The translations under genes were made by a program, and so were the position numbers. A stretch of 44,052 nucleotides of DNA from Macrostomum lignano (Eukaryota). The first letter of the stretch is position 1; the number at the start of each line of letters is the position of its first letter. A model generated the notes under the pieces. The model was given only the letters and a program-made list of their open reading frames with translations. It was not told the DNA's origin and did no database searches. Below, in pieces: positions 19,824 through 30,817 of the stretch. The stretch lies in assembly GCA_002269645.1 (NCBI GenBank), contig NIVC01002107.1, forward strand, positions 1 through 44,052, written 5' to 3'.

Positions 19824-20636
19824 CCCATTGTCCCAACCAATATCTTCTGGAAATTTTATGCTGTCAGTAATCAGGGGTGAGGCGCATTGTTCGTGACTGG
19901 CTGTCGGTACAAGAGCTGTCGAACAGGTTAGGAGATTCAAAGTGACAGAACAGTGGAATGCGGTAAAACAAACATTAAAACAAAAACATCACAGCTTCCT
20001 AGATTCGAGCAGACGTTGTACGTTATAGTAGTTCGACTTTAGAACAAGATATTGTAGCACAGAAGACAGCAAAACGAAAAATAACAACAAAGACAACAGA
20101 AAGAAACACTAGAACAACCAAACCTTCATGCATTATACACTATGCAATGCGTGAGTCTTCAGAATGTCTAAATCAGCATTGTGTAATTTTAAACTGAAAA
20201 ATATTACTAAATTCACGCCAATACGAGCGCGTAAGTACGAGTAAGAGCATCTTTCCTGATGTTTGAGAACTCGTAATGTTAAAGCGTTGCAAAAATTTTA
20301 ATAAATAATTGGCAAACAAATAGTTCAGCAGACGTGCCTACTGAAAGTAACATGATAGGCATTTTCATTTTGGTTCTTCGAAGTTAACGTTTTGATAACG
20401 ATTTGCATAGCTTTCGAGGCATGCGAGAACTTCATGCTTTGGTTTATCCATCCGCTGCACTTACCATAGACTTCTCAGAGCTGCAATCAGCTGCATCCCA
20501 GCATCACTTGATTAGCCTAGCCCTCACGACGTGCTGCATGTGCAACCGCATTCTTCAACAACTCGGAATCAAACTTCAACAGCAACATAAGCCAGTAAAA
20601 CAAATATCTTTGTGTCGAGAAGACCAACAGAGAAAC

Positions 20637-20939
20637 ATGAATCCTGCCACGTCGTCGTGCGAGTGCGAGCACTTCCAGGAAGCCGTGCGCAAATTCAGAC
20701 GCGTCAGGGAAGGCAAAGTGGCGGCTGCTCAATCAGCGGCGGCGAAGTCCGAGCCGCCCGAGTCCTCCTCGCCGTCCGCCGAGAATCAGCACAACGAAAA
20801 GCAGCCGGCCGCCGCTCAGCCGAAGCCGCTGTTCAATTATCCGAGCCTGTGCGATGAATCCAAGCCGGAGAGGCTGCCCAGTCTGGAGAATCACGTGATG
20901 CGAGGCGCTCAGGCCAGGACTGCTTCTGGGTCGGATTGA
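20637..20939 (+). CDS. Putative small orphan protein (100 aa, rich in Ala/Ser/Pro/Glu)
   Basis: GC-rich island in AT-rich DNA with codon style like the real exons; MNPATSSCECEHFQEAVRKFRRVRE..LFNYPSLCDES..; no recognised domain. Confidence 0.4.
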   Translation: MNPATSSCECEHFQEAVRKFRRVREGKVAAAQSAAAKSEPPESSSPSAENQHNEKQPAAAQPKPLFNYPSLCDESKPERLPSLENHVMRGAQARTASGSD

Positions 20940-21289
20940 CGGCCTCTGGGACCTTCAAATAATTCTAACATAGACGCAACACACTCCACAATCGTATAAG
21001 ATTATTTTAACACAGCTGGAGACCGTCTTTACTTTTGACATTTGTACTGCCTAAGCATGTAAATGATGCGTCGGTTTGTTAACTTACATTCTTTATGGGA
21101 GCCATGATAGTAGCCACTCTCTCAAGGCTTGACATCTCACAAGTACGAGGCTCCGATTCGGAGGGTCACATTTATCAACACTAAATTTCACAACTATAAA
21201 ATAGACTGAAGGGATTGGAGACTTCACAAACCGAAACAGTACTGAGGCGTTTCATATTACCCAATTCATAGCTGCTAAGAGTTGAAACT

Positions 21290-21540
21290 AAAAGAATCTA
21301 GCCTAGTGGTCCAAGCGTTGGACTTGGAGCGTCGAACATGAAAGGTCGGAGGTTCGATTCTCAACCCACTCGAACAATTTGTGTCCTTGAGCAAGAAAAT
21401 TAACTCTGCATTGCTTCAGTTCACCCAGCTGTAAAATGGGTGCCAGCATTAGCTGGAGTGATTGAGCGTGTGTGTGGCGACCCCCCAGTCCTTGGATTGA
21501 ACAGCCGTACGCAGCCTTTTATATACAAACAGCCTTTTGT
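21290..21540 (+). mobile_element. tRNA-derived SINE with a MIR/CORE-like central domain
   Basis: A-box TAGCCTAGTGGT (21299-21310) and B-box GGTTCGATTC (21351-21360), then GTGTCCTTGAGCAAG..TTAAC..TGCTTCAGTT..CTGTAAAATGGG (21380-21440), which resembles the CORE-SINE consensus. Confidence 0.75.
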
Positions 21541-22120
21541 AGATAAAAATATAAAAAATGAATCCTAAAACTCCAGGAAACGATCCTTCTGGGCGTAGGT
21601 TGAACAAAAAGAAGCTTAACAAGACAAAAACTGAAAATTTCGGGTTTGCAAAACGACCCCACCGAAACCAATACTGGAAGGATTGGCGCACAGCAACTCG
21701 ACTCCGCCATCATGACTCAGCCCACAAAAAATTACATTGAGTATTTTCAAGCTTTAAAAGCAGCCCCCATTCCAAATAATCAATTTTTGGCGGCAAAATC
21801 TTTTTGATAAATATTTTTGACAGCAGTGTATCGCGAATGATGCCTTCATACACGGAATTAAAACAATCATCGTAGCTGACTACCGAGAGCAGAACCAGAT
21901 TACTTGTAGAACGCCGTCAGAAAAATTGTAATTTAAAAATGAAAAAAGACTTTCACCAAATGAACAAAGCTGGGATATTTAATTGAAACGACCATTTTGT
22001 TTTGCGGGTACCCGCAGTGTCCTCAGTAGGCATTGCTTAATTTAAAAATTTCCCAAACAGTAGGCCCAAGCAATTGTCACTGATTGACTGTCGATTAGCG
22101 TAATTGAACACTTCAATCTG

Positions 22121-22126
22121 CTACTT

Positions 22127-22164
<38 letters not shown>
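22121..22164. repeat. (CTA)n microsatellite
   Basis: Directly visible. Confidence 0.95.
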
Positions 22165-22165
<1 letters not shown>

Positions 22166-22362
22166 AAAATGTTCACACCAATTATAGTAATTGAAATCAG
22201 AATTCAAGCAAAATTGGTCTATGAAAAAATACCCACTAATTGACGACCAATTTCACTGATTGGAAATTTGTTAATTAAATTTACACTTCATAAAAGAAGA
22301 GAAATTTCAAGCGAATCATCCCTAAATCTTGACTGACTTTTGTCACAGAAAAGCGGCAAACC

Positions 22363-23843
22363 ATGCGCCACTTGCTTCTGATCTCCCTGCTTCTTGGCGT
22401 GACAGCTCATCGTCTCAATGCTGCCGGCAGCGCAATCTGGCGGCGAGTGCAGCTCAACCTGACTGAGTACCGAACTCTGCAAGTTTTCCCCAGCAGTAAG
22501 CTCATCGAGTGCCTGACTGCTGCCACTGCCGACACCGACGCCGTGCTGTTCGCTGAGCAGACGGGGCTGTGCAGCCTCATGAGCTGCCCGAAGGGCCGGC
22601 TGGGCTGTCAGAAATGTCGGCATTTCAATCAACCGGACCTGCCGCCGTCCGTCTGGGTGAGTTCGACTCACCGAGTTTCCAGTTCTCGCCTTCAAAAACT
22701 TGATGATGAGATGAACAAGCACACTCCAGCTGCCTTTTCTTTGAGATACCGAAACAAAACATGATAATATTAATTAGAGACTTAGCGAGCAATTCTAGCT
22801 GAGATATCAAGGCTCAAAGTTGATAATTCTTGATATCAGACCTATTTCTTTCCTGCTTTTTGCACATTTAATTTCTAAGAAAGTAAGCATAGCATTACGT
22901 TTTTTAATAAGGAGCTTTTTGGGTATTTTTTTCTTTGTTGTCTCCCCAACGGGGGCTACAACTGCTATTCCAATGAACAAATTTCGCTCTATTAAAAAAA
23001 TTAAGGACCACTGTAGCATCAGGTCCAGGACGCAAAAGTTTCAATCGAAGAGAACTCATTGGACAGTCCGATTTTAATCTCGAGTTTGCACATTGACTTC
23101 ATTTGATTCTTGGAAGCATTCGAAGTTAGGATTTTTTACTGCATGGAAAACTAAAGTAAAAGGAGGCAATATCTCACCTGGACTTTAGCTGGTCATTCGA
23201 GCCATCTTACTGTCGAATCCGTTCGCTTTATCATCTAACGCAGATTCGAGCATCTCAGAGTCGCGTCACTTGCTGGAGAACCTTCCAGCACAGGGTTGAC
23301 GGCTCGCTGAGCTTCAACCGCAACTGGGCCGCGTACGTCAGCGGCTTCGGCCAGACCGAGCACGCCAACTTCTGGATGGGCCTGCAGCCGCTGCACCTTC
23401 TGACTCTGGACGGCACTCGGCGACTCCGGTTTGAGTTCGGCGACTGGGACGGCAACTGGTACTGGACGGAGAATCCCAACTTCACGGTAGCTGGCTCAGC
23501 CGACAATTACCGAGTCAGGATCGGGCCACTCGATGCCAGCAGGTCCAGCGTGCCCCAGTACAACCGCGGCTCTATGTGGAATATCCACAACTTTCAGTTC
23601 TCCACTCCTGATCAGGACAATGACGTGGCTGCAGTGAACTGCGCCTCCCTGCGCTCGGCTGGCTGGTGGTACGGCTACTGCAACTCCTTCAACCCCAACG
23701 GAATCTACTATGCGCCTCCGTTTCCGCCGGGCTTCGACTCCAGCTACTCACCTCTGTACTATTTCTACGACGGCTCCACGACCCCGCTCGACATGGACTA
23801 CTCCATGCAAACTGTCGAGTGCCTGGTCGAGGATACACCTTGA
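22363..23843 (+). CDS. Secreted fibrinogen-related domain (FReD) protein with an N-terminal PAN-like module; exons 22363-22656 and 23244-23843 (alternative acceptor at 23259)
   Basis: Signal peptide MRHLLLISLLLGVTA; phase-0 donor TGG|GTGAGT; acceptor CTAACGCAG|; exon 2 reads FQHRVDGSLSFNRNW..GFG..FWMG, FSTPDQDND, CASLRSAGWWYGYCNSFNPNG, all fibrinogen C-domain motifs. Confidence 0.88.
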
Positions 23844-24984
23844 GTATATATGATTAATTGAAGACATTATCAAACCTCGAACCAGTTGAGTGAGATACAA
23901 TTAACTTACCAATCGAGTAACCAGAAGATCGAAATTCGCTGCTCCGATTTCTGCCCCTGTAGATAGTCCACACTGTTGGCAGTGGCAAATAAATATTCAA
24001 ATGTTGCATCTCAAAACTTTTGGCCGATTCTTGAACTTCTTGCACTAATCTGGATCATCGAAATGCAGGTGTCTTTCGGAAACGAATTAGGCTGAAACTG
24101 GATAAAACGAGCGAAAAATTTGCTTCAAAATTTTCCCAGTTCGAACCAACGAGTCTTCAGTGGCATTTTCCTGAATTTAAAGTGGATTAACTACTGAAAT
24201 CTGCACTTCGTACGTACGCACGGTAAAATTTAGACTTTCTATCTCTCTAAATCGGGCCTTAAAATAAATTATCTATCGAACGCGACTCAAGTGTTCGTCT
24301 TGATAGAACGACAACTTTTAGCGCAGTTTGAGAGACCCAGACAGCCCAGTTCAGTAGGAGGCCCCCACCGGCTGTTTGACAACGCCATGGCCAACGCGGG
24401 GAGAGTCAGAGAGCGCGCATTCTTTGGGCATAAGTTACATTGAGATGACAGCAAGATCCTCAACCCAGTGTTTGATGATGCGAATAGACGCTGTTTCGGT
24501 GTTACGAGCGTATATAAGATTCACGTTTTGACTTTTTATAAGAACAGACTCATCTTGATTGACCAATTTTTGTGCTTAGAGACACGATCTAACGTTAGTA
24601 TTCGCAACTGCTATTGGTATCTTATTGACGTGGTGTTAGTTGATAGTTCCACAACAAAAGTAGTGCGCACGAGTTTTAATTCGACTTAAAAAAATTGCTC
24701 GATTCTGCACTCTGTGGAATTCTGTGCGTACATCTGGCTCAGTTTCAGTTTGCTGTGTTTCTAAAAATAGCGCGGTGATAAAATATCAGTTTTCTATTTT
24801 TAAACTGCGTAGAATTATGAAAGGAATATATAAATATAAGCATACATGAGCTGTATATCAACGTCAGTTGACAAGTTCTCAGCAGAATCACTTCGTCCAC
24901 TCGCGTCTCGGTTGGCTAGATTCAGCCACACTGCAGCCTTCTGTAAGTTCCATGAAATACAAAATATTCCATTAGATTATCGAT

Positions 24985-26765
24985 TCCTTACTGTACTAAT
25001 TTTTACTCCCATCTTTGTTGTCTCCCCAGATAGAAAGACAATGGGGGTGTATTTTAAATACACACATTTTCCTTTGTCTGTATCTCCGAAAATATTCAAC
25101 CAATTGCCATGAAACTCCCGAACACGGGCAAAAATTTTCCACTCTATTCGATGGAGCAACTTCGAGAATCACAAAAAATCGGCATCGTCGAGATATTCAA
25201 CGATTCTCCTCGGGGTGTCTGGTGGCAAAAACCACCAACATTGGCAAAATTTTTCTGCTCACAAAATCTCATCATGAAACCACGTCGGCTCGACAAACTA
25301 TGCATATCAGTCGTAGAAGCCTTTGTTCTCAGCATTCTAGAAACCAGGGTCTCCTTCATCTCCGTCTGTAGCATCGGCGGCGACCGTCGGGACCTTCAAC
25401 GAAAGCACCCGATCGGTGTCTCAGAGACGGCTGCGTTCCCAAAACTGAAATGGAAGAATCCTCTTCTGCATGCAGCATTCAGTCAGTAGACATAATCGGT
25501 GAATGAAATGGACGACGGCGACCCTCTAGGCTGACCTGTAGACATACGGGCGACCTTCGGGACCTTCAACGGAGTGCCACCACGCGGCCCCGACGAGCTG
25601 GAACCGCCAACATCGTGATTTTTCTATCAAGGCACCAAACCAGGCATGTCTGCATATTATACAATGGTCCTGCACCATGTTCAGCATTCAGCTCTGTCTG
25701 GACGACCTTCGGGACCTTCAACGGAGTGCCACCACGCGGCCCCGACGAGCTGGCACCCCACCAGTACTGCGCACGTTGTACACCAAATTAAATAGTGACA
25801 ATTGACTCCGCTTTTGTGTCTATTGGCCATTTGAATAAAGTGAGCAATAACTGGCGAGTTTCACCTCAAACTCTGAGATTGAGCAAGAGCTTAAACTCGA
25901 GCAACTGCTCTGATCTGGAGCAGTTGCTCAATGTTCATATGAATAAAGAAATTTCTCAAATGCGGAGCATTTGCTCCTCATTCTGAGCAACTGCTTGGCA
26001 CCTCTTGGCCATAGACAAAGAGAAAGCGGTTTTATATTTTTCTGTCGCCAATGAAATCGGTAACTCACCGATTTAACATGGTGCAGAACCATTGTATAAT
26101 ACGCAAACATGCCTGGTTTGGTGCCTTGATAGAAAAATCACGATGTTAGCGGTTCCAGCTCGTCGGGGCCGCGTGGTGGCACTCCGTTGAAGATCCCGAA
26201 GGTCGCCTGTATGTCTACAGGTCAGCCTAGAGGGTCGCCATCGTCCATTTCATTCACCGATTATGTCTAATGTTTGAATGCTGCATGCAGAAGACGATTC
26301 TTCCATTTCAGCTTTGGGAACGCAGCCGTCTCTGAGACGCCGATCGGGTGCTTTCGTTGAAGGTCCCGACGGTCGCCGCCGATGCTCCAGACGGAGATGA
26401 AGGGGACCCTGGTGTCTGGGATGCTGAGAACAAAGGCCTCTACGACAGATGGACCCAGATTATTGAGCCAATATGGATTCATCATAAAGGTTTATACAGT
26501 GTAGTGTTGCCACCAGTGTCTTCGACAAGAATCGTTGAATATCTCGACGATGCTGACGTCGGATGACTTTGAAAGTTAGTTCGTCGAAAAGGGTGGAAAA
26601 TTTTGATCCGTATGGTGGACTTTTACGAAAATTGGAAAATTCTGTTTGCGAGATATCGTGAAATGGGTCGTGTGTATTTGTAATACACCCCCGTGGTCTT
26701 TACCCATGGGGAAAAATAGCGTGGTCTTTCTACTGTTAAGTATCCCAAAGTAGAGCACAGGAATC
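24985..26765. repeat. Inverted duplication: arms about 24985-25681 and 26075-26765, 393-bp spacer
   Basis: The inner 195 bp align as reverse complements with 7 mismatches by hand; the outer parts are clearly homologous but much more diverged. Confidence 0.9.
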
Positions 26766-26873
26766 AAATTCATTCAAGATACGTTGGCCCCTTAGCATTT
26801 TCTGACTCAAATTGTACTAAAAATTAAACATGAAATGACCAAACAAATCAATTCAATAATATTTTAGGCCAAC

Positions 26874-28308
26874 ATGCAATGTTTTACATGTAAATGCTCT
26901 GTGGTCGGCGACAAGGGCGTTGGAAAAACCAGTATGATCATAACTTCTGCAACCAGCCAGTTTCCATCGGAGTACGTGCCGAATACGTGCGACCCCAAGG
27001 AAATCACAGGAAAAATTGGTACAGAGGACTTCATGCTGCAATTAATTGACTTGCCGGTGCCACTGGAATACGACAGGTAAATCGAGTGCAACTGATCAGC
27101 TAAAATACAACTTTAAAACCTCTTCTTATTAAAAGCCTGAAAGAAATCCACTTATAGCGGCCCGCAGGGCTGGCCATAGACTATAAGTTAGCTGCCAGTT
27201 CAGCAGCACTCATCGATGTCTTTGGCTGTACATCAGACTGTACACTGCATGATAATTCATCTTGCTTTGCATACTTTCTACTTTCCACTTCAGATTGCGT
27301 CCTCCCGCGTATCCCAGCTACGACGGCTACCTGATCTGCTTCTCGGTGATCGACCCGGCGTCATTTGAAAATGTGGAAACCAAATGGTTGCGAGAGGCTC
27401 CGAGTTACATCTACAATAGCAGTACTCCATTCGTCCTGATTGGCACCAAGGCAGATTTGAGGACAGACCCGGATGTGGTTGAGAAACTGGCAAAGAATGG
27501 AAGTGCGCCGGTCACCTTCAAGCAGGGAACAATGTTGGCTAAGAAGACTAAAGCTCTCAAGTACATTGAATGCAGTGCGCTGACACACGTGAGTGCCATT
27601 CTCTAAATATTCTGCAGGTGCTGGCGCCTCTGGTGCTGGCGCCTCTGGTGCTGGCGCCTCTGGTGCTGGCGCCTCTGGTGCTGGCGCCTCTGGTGCTGGC
27701 GCCTCTGGTGCTGGCGCCTCTGGTGCTGGCGCCTCTGGTGCTGGCGCCTCTGGTGCTGGCGCCTCTGGTGCTGGCGCCTCTGGTGCTGGCGCCTCTGGTG
27801 CTGGCGCCTCTGGTGCTGGCGCCTCTGGTGCTGGCGCCTCTGGTGCTGGCGCCTCTGGTGCTGGCGCCTCTGGTGCTGGCGCCTCTGGTGCTGGCGCCTC
27901 TGGTGCTGGCGCCTCTGGTGCTGGCGCCTCTGGTGCTGGCGCCTCTGGTGCTGGCGCCTCTGGTGCTGGCGCCTCTGGTGCTGGCGCCTCTGGTGCTGGC
28001 GCCTCTGGTGCTGGCGCCTCTGGTGCTGGCGCCTCTGGTGCTGGCGCCTCTGGTGCTGGCGCCTCTGGTGCTGGCGCCTCTGGTGCTCCTAGAGGTCGTA
28101 GATAGAAGGTTGACTGCTTAATTCCAAGAATTAATTAAATCCAAACTAATCTAGACAGGTTGAAACTGTTGCAACATTGCTGTAATAATCAGCAATTAAA
28201 TTCAAATTGCAGGAAAATCTGGCATCTCTCCCTACGGAACTTGTCAGCGCTCTCCAGGAACAGTATCTCAAAAGGACCAAGAAGAAGAGAGAATGTCAAG
28301 TTCTGTAA
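26874..28308 (+). CDS. Atypical Rho-family (Rac/Cdc42-like) small GTPase; exons 26874-27076, 27294-27588, 28213-28308
   Basis: KCSVVGDKGVGKT P-loop, FPSEYVP, YDRLRP, ICFSV, FENV..KW, LIGTKADLR (G4), YIECSALT (G5); the last exon ends in polybasic KRTKKKRE plus CAAX CQVL; splice phases 2 and 0 match. Confidence 0.9.
27617..28087. repeat. Perfect 15-bp minisatellite (TGGTGCTGGCGCCTC), about 31 copies, inside intron 2 of the Rho-like gene
   Basis: Directly visible; no variant units seen. Confidence 0.98.
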
Positions 28309-29756
28309 ATTACGACTCATTATTATTGCTACTTCACTACTGTGACGAACCTTGGCAATAAATTGCTGGGTCAAAACTAACTTTAAGGATGGTAATATAT
28401 TTGTAAAAAGCTGAGATTATCTGATATATATTCTTCTACTATTTCTCGCTTATTACTCTTGCTGATTACGGTATTTATTAATATTTTGATTTTAAATCTA
28501 ATATTGTGAAAATTGTTTAACTTCAAACTTTTAATGTAAGTTTTTAGGTGTTGAAAAAAAAGATTACCACAGTATTTATTTACTCAACAGTAGAATTTCT
28601 TGTTTTTTGTAACTTTATTTTATTTTATTCCAGCTGTGCTTGGGTCCCAGCTCATTTCGTAGGTTCTCCTGACTAAAGTGAGCGTAAATTGACGATTTTA
28701 GACGAATCAATGTTTTGACGAAAGTGAATCCGAGTTTATAGAAGTTGCGTCAGCAGATTGTCGATATGAATTGGAGTCTGACAAAACTAAAATGAAGTTT
28801 TGTCAATGCCAACAAAATATAGGCTTTCTTCCTCATACAAATCTGTGCTGGTCTGTCGATATTGAAAATAGGTTTGTCTAAAATGAATGTCGATTTACAT
28901 TTACGGAGCTAGAAGTGTCGAAGTTGAACTTGAACTTGAAAGTTGATCGAAAGTTTGTCTTCATGTGACATTACAGCATAGGTTAAAGGTTGCATGCATA
29001 GGTTAAAAGAACACTGAGTAAGATTTAAAAGCGTTAAGGAAGTTTATTAAGTTAAGCAATTAAATTGCGTGAAAAGTAAAACTTAAAATTAACCTACATG
29101 TATATCTTCTTTGGCAACACACCATTTTAAAGCAGTTCCTACAGCAGTCAATAAATATTTGGATACGTACATACAACGCTTGCAAGTATTTCACCTCAGA
29201 GCAAGTTCTTTTTCTACTCCAATATCCGTATGGATGCTTTACCAACCAACATATGGTTCTAATATTACTCGTATTGTAACCGGATGTCCACACCAGTCAA
29301 AATAACACTGCGATCTTACCAGTACATAGAAAGGGAAAATAAGAAATCGAGTTCACTTCGCGGTTACTAAAGCAGCCTCAGACTGGTTCGGAGTCGCTGC
29401 ATCGAGGGCTCTCGATTCACCGCAAACGAACTCATCATCAACTGTGGTTTTCGGTCGCTTCTTGCTCGAATTATACCATCTGCCCGCTGTGGTGTCGTGT
29501 CTCAATAGACTAACACAGAAAGCCGCGATTAATTAGCCAAACCAGAATTCGAGGAAGGTGCGCTCCACTTAGGAAGACGAGCAAGCTGCGCTTATATTTG
29601 CATTCAAGCATGAGTTATTATAAGATCGATAATTTCGGCAACGCAAAAAATACTAATTATTTGCATAACATTTACGTTGACGCCTACTTACAGTAGAGTA
29701 GTAAGAAAAATAACCCTATTCAAACTAAGCTTGATATTTAGTAAAACGGTCATTTT

Positions 29757-30088
29757 AAGGGTCGCCATCATAAACCCGAAAAATCACAACTCCGAATGCA
29801 CTTCCCATCATAAATCCGAAATATCATAAACCCGAAATATCATAAACCCGAAATATCTCAAAACCCGAAATATCACAAACCCGAAATATCATAACTCCGA
29901 AAACCAAAATAGTGTTGGACATTGCTAGAAATTTCAGAGTTATGATTTTTCGGGTATATGATGTGCGTTGCTAGCAATTTCGGAGTTATGATATTTCGGG
30001 CTTGTGATATTTCCGGTTTATGATATTTCGGGTTTATGATGGAAAGCGCTTTTCGGAGTTGTGATTTTTCGGATTTGTGATGCCCCCT
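29757..30088. mobile_element. Foldback-type MITE whose arms of about 130 bp are built from 16-bp subrepeats (ATATCATAAACCCGAA)
   Basis: The left arm AAGGG..CATCATAAACCCGAAAAATCACAACTCCGAA is mirrored by TTCGGAGTTGTGATTTTTCGGATTTGTGATGCCCCTT. Confidence 0.8.
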
Positions 30089-30817
30089 TTCAAGGGCTCC
30101 CTTGTCACGACACAACACCCGCAATGCTATTTTCCTGCAGTGCCACGCAACAGATTGTGTCTAACTTAGGGACGCGCAGCACCACTATTTTATTCGTTCT
30201 ATGCGCTGATCGATCGATTTCTACCTTCCAAGTACGTATTTGCATAAACCTATAGTTGCATAAACCTATAGTTTCCCTCATATATGAGTGCTCAAGTGGA
30301 GGCTAGGCTTGTAAATGTTAGGCAATTGGGACTGCCACCTGTGCACCCCTCTACCTGTCCGTCCGTCCCCCAAACTTTATCTCTCTCTTTTTCTCAGTAG
30401 GCGACACCTGATCACCCCTGGCACTACTATCTTTAACATAGCCACCGATCTCTCCAGTAGTTGAACTAGCCATGGAATTTCCACGGAATTTCCTGCAGTC
30501 GGGTTCCACTAACTCTCACCAGTTAACTACATGTGGCAGACTGGTGGAGAGAGGGGAGGGGCAAAAGATTGGCCGATATATTTGCCCTGGTAACTAATTA
30601 TTTTAACTAAGACTGCTGGAATTTTGTTTCCGATAGCTAGCTGGTCTGGATTTTATGCCCTAAGCATTAACTTATCTTAGCACAGCGAGTCTGTAAGTGT
30701 TTAAAGCATTACGAGCTACAAACGATAATCTTCGAATTCACAGCAAATAAATGGTTTCAACGAAATACCTTGCCAATTAAGAAAACTGCGTCAAGTAAGT
30801 TTTTCACGCATATAATT

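Noticed and set aside
21299-21370. Functional tRNA gene
   Set aside because: A and B boxes are present, but I could not build a convincing cloverleaf and the sequence continues into a SINE core.
27570-28121. Silk-fibroin-like (GAGAS)n and (VLAPL)n ORFs
   Set aside because: They are translations of the intronic 15-bp minisatellite. The real Rho last exon with CAAX lies at 28213-28308, and using the acceptor at 27617 would need a 29-bp intron.
29330-29600. Possible terminal exon on the minus strand
   Set aside because: Only a short open stretch with no recognisable domain or partner exon.
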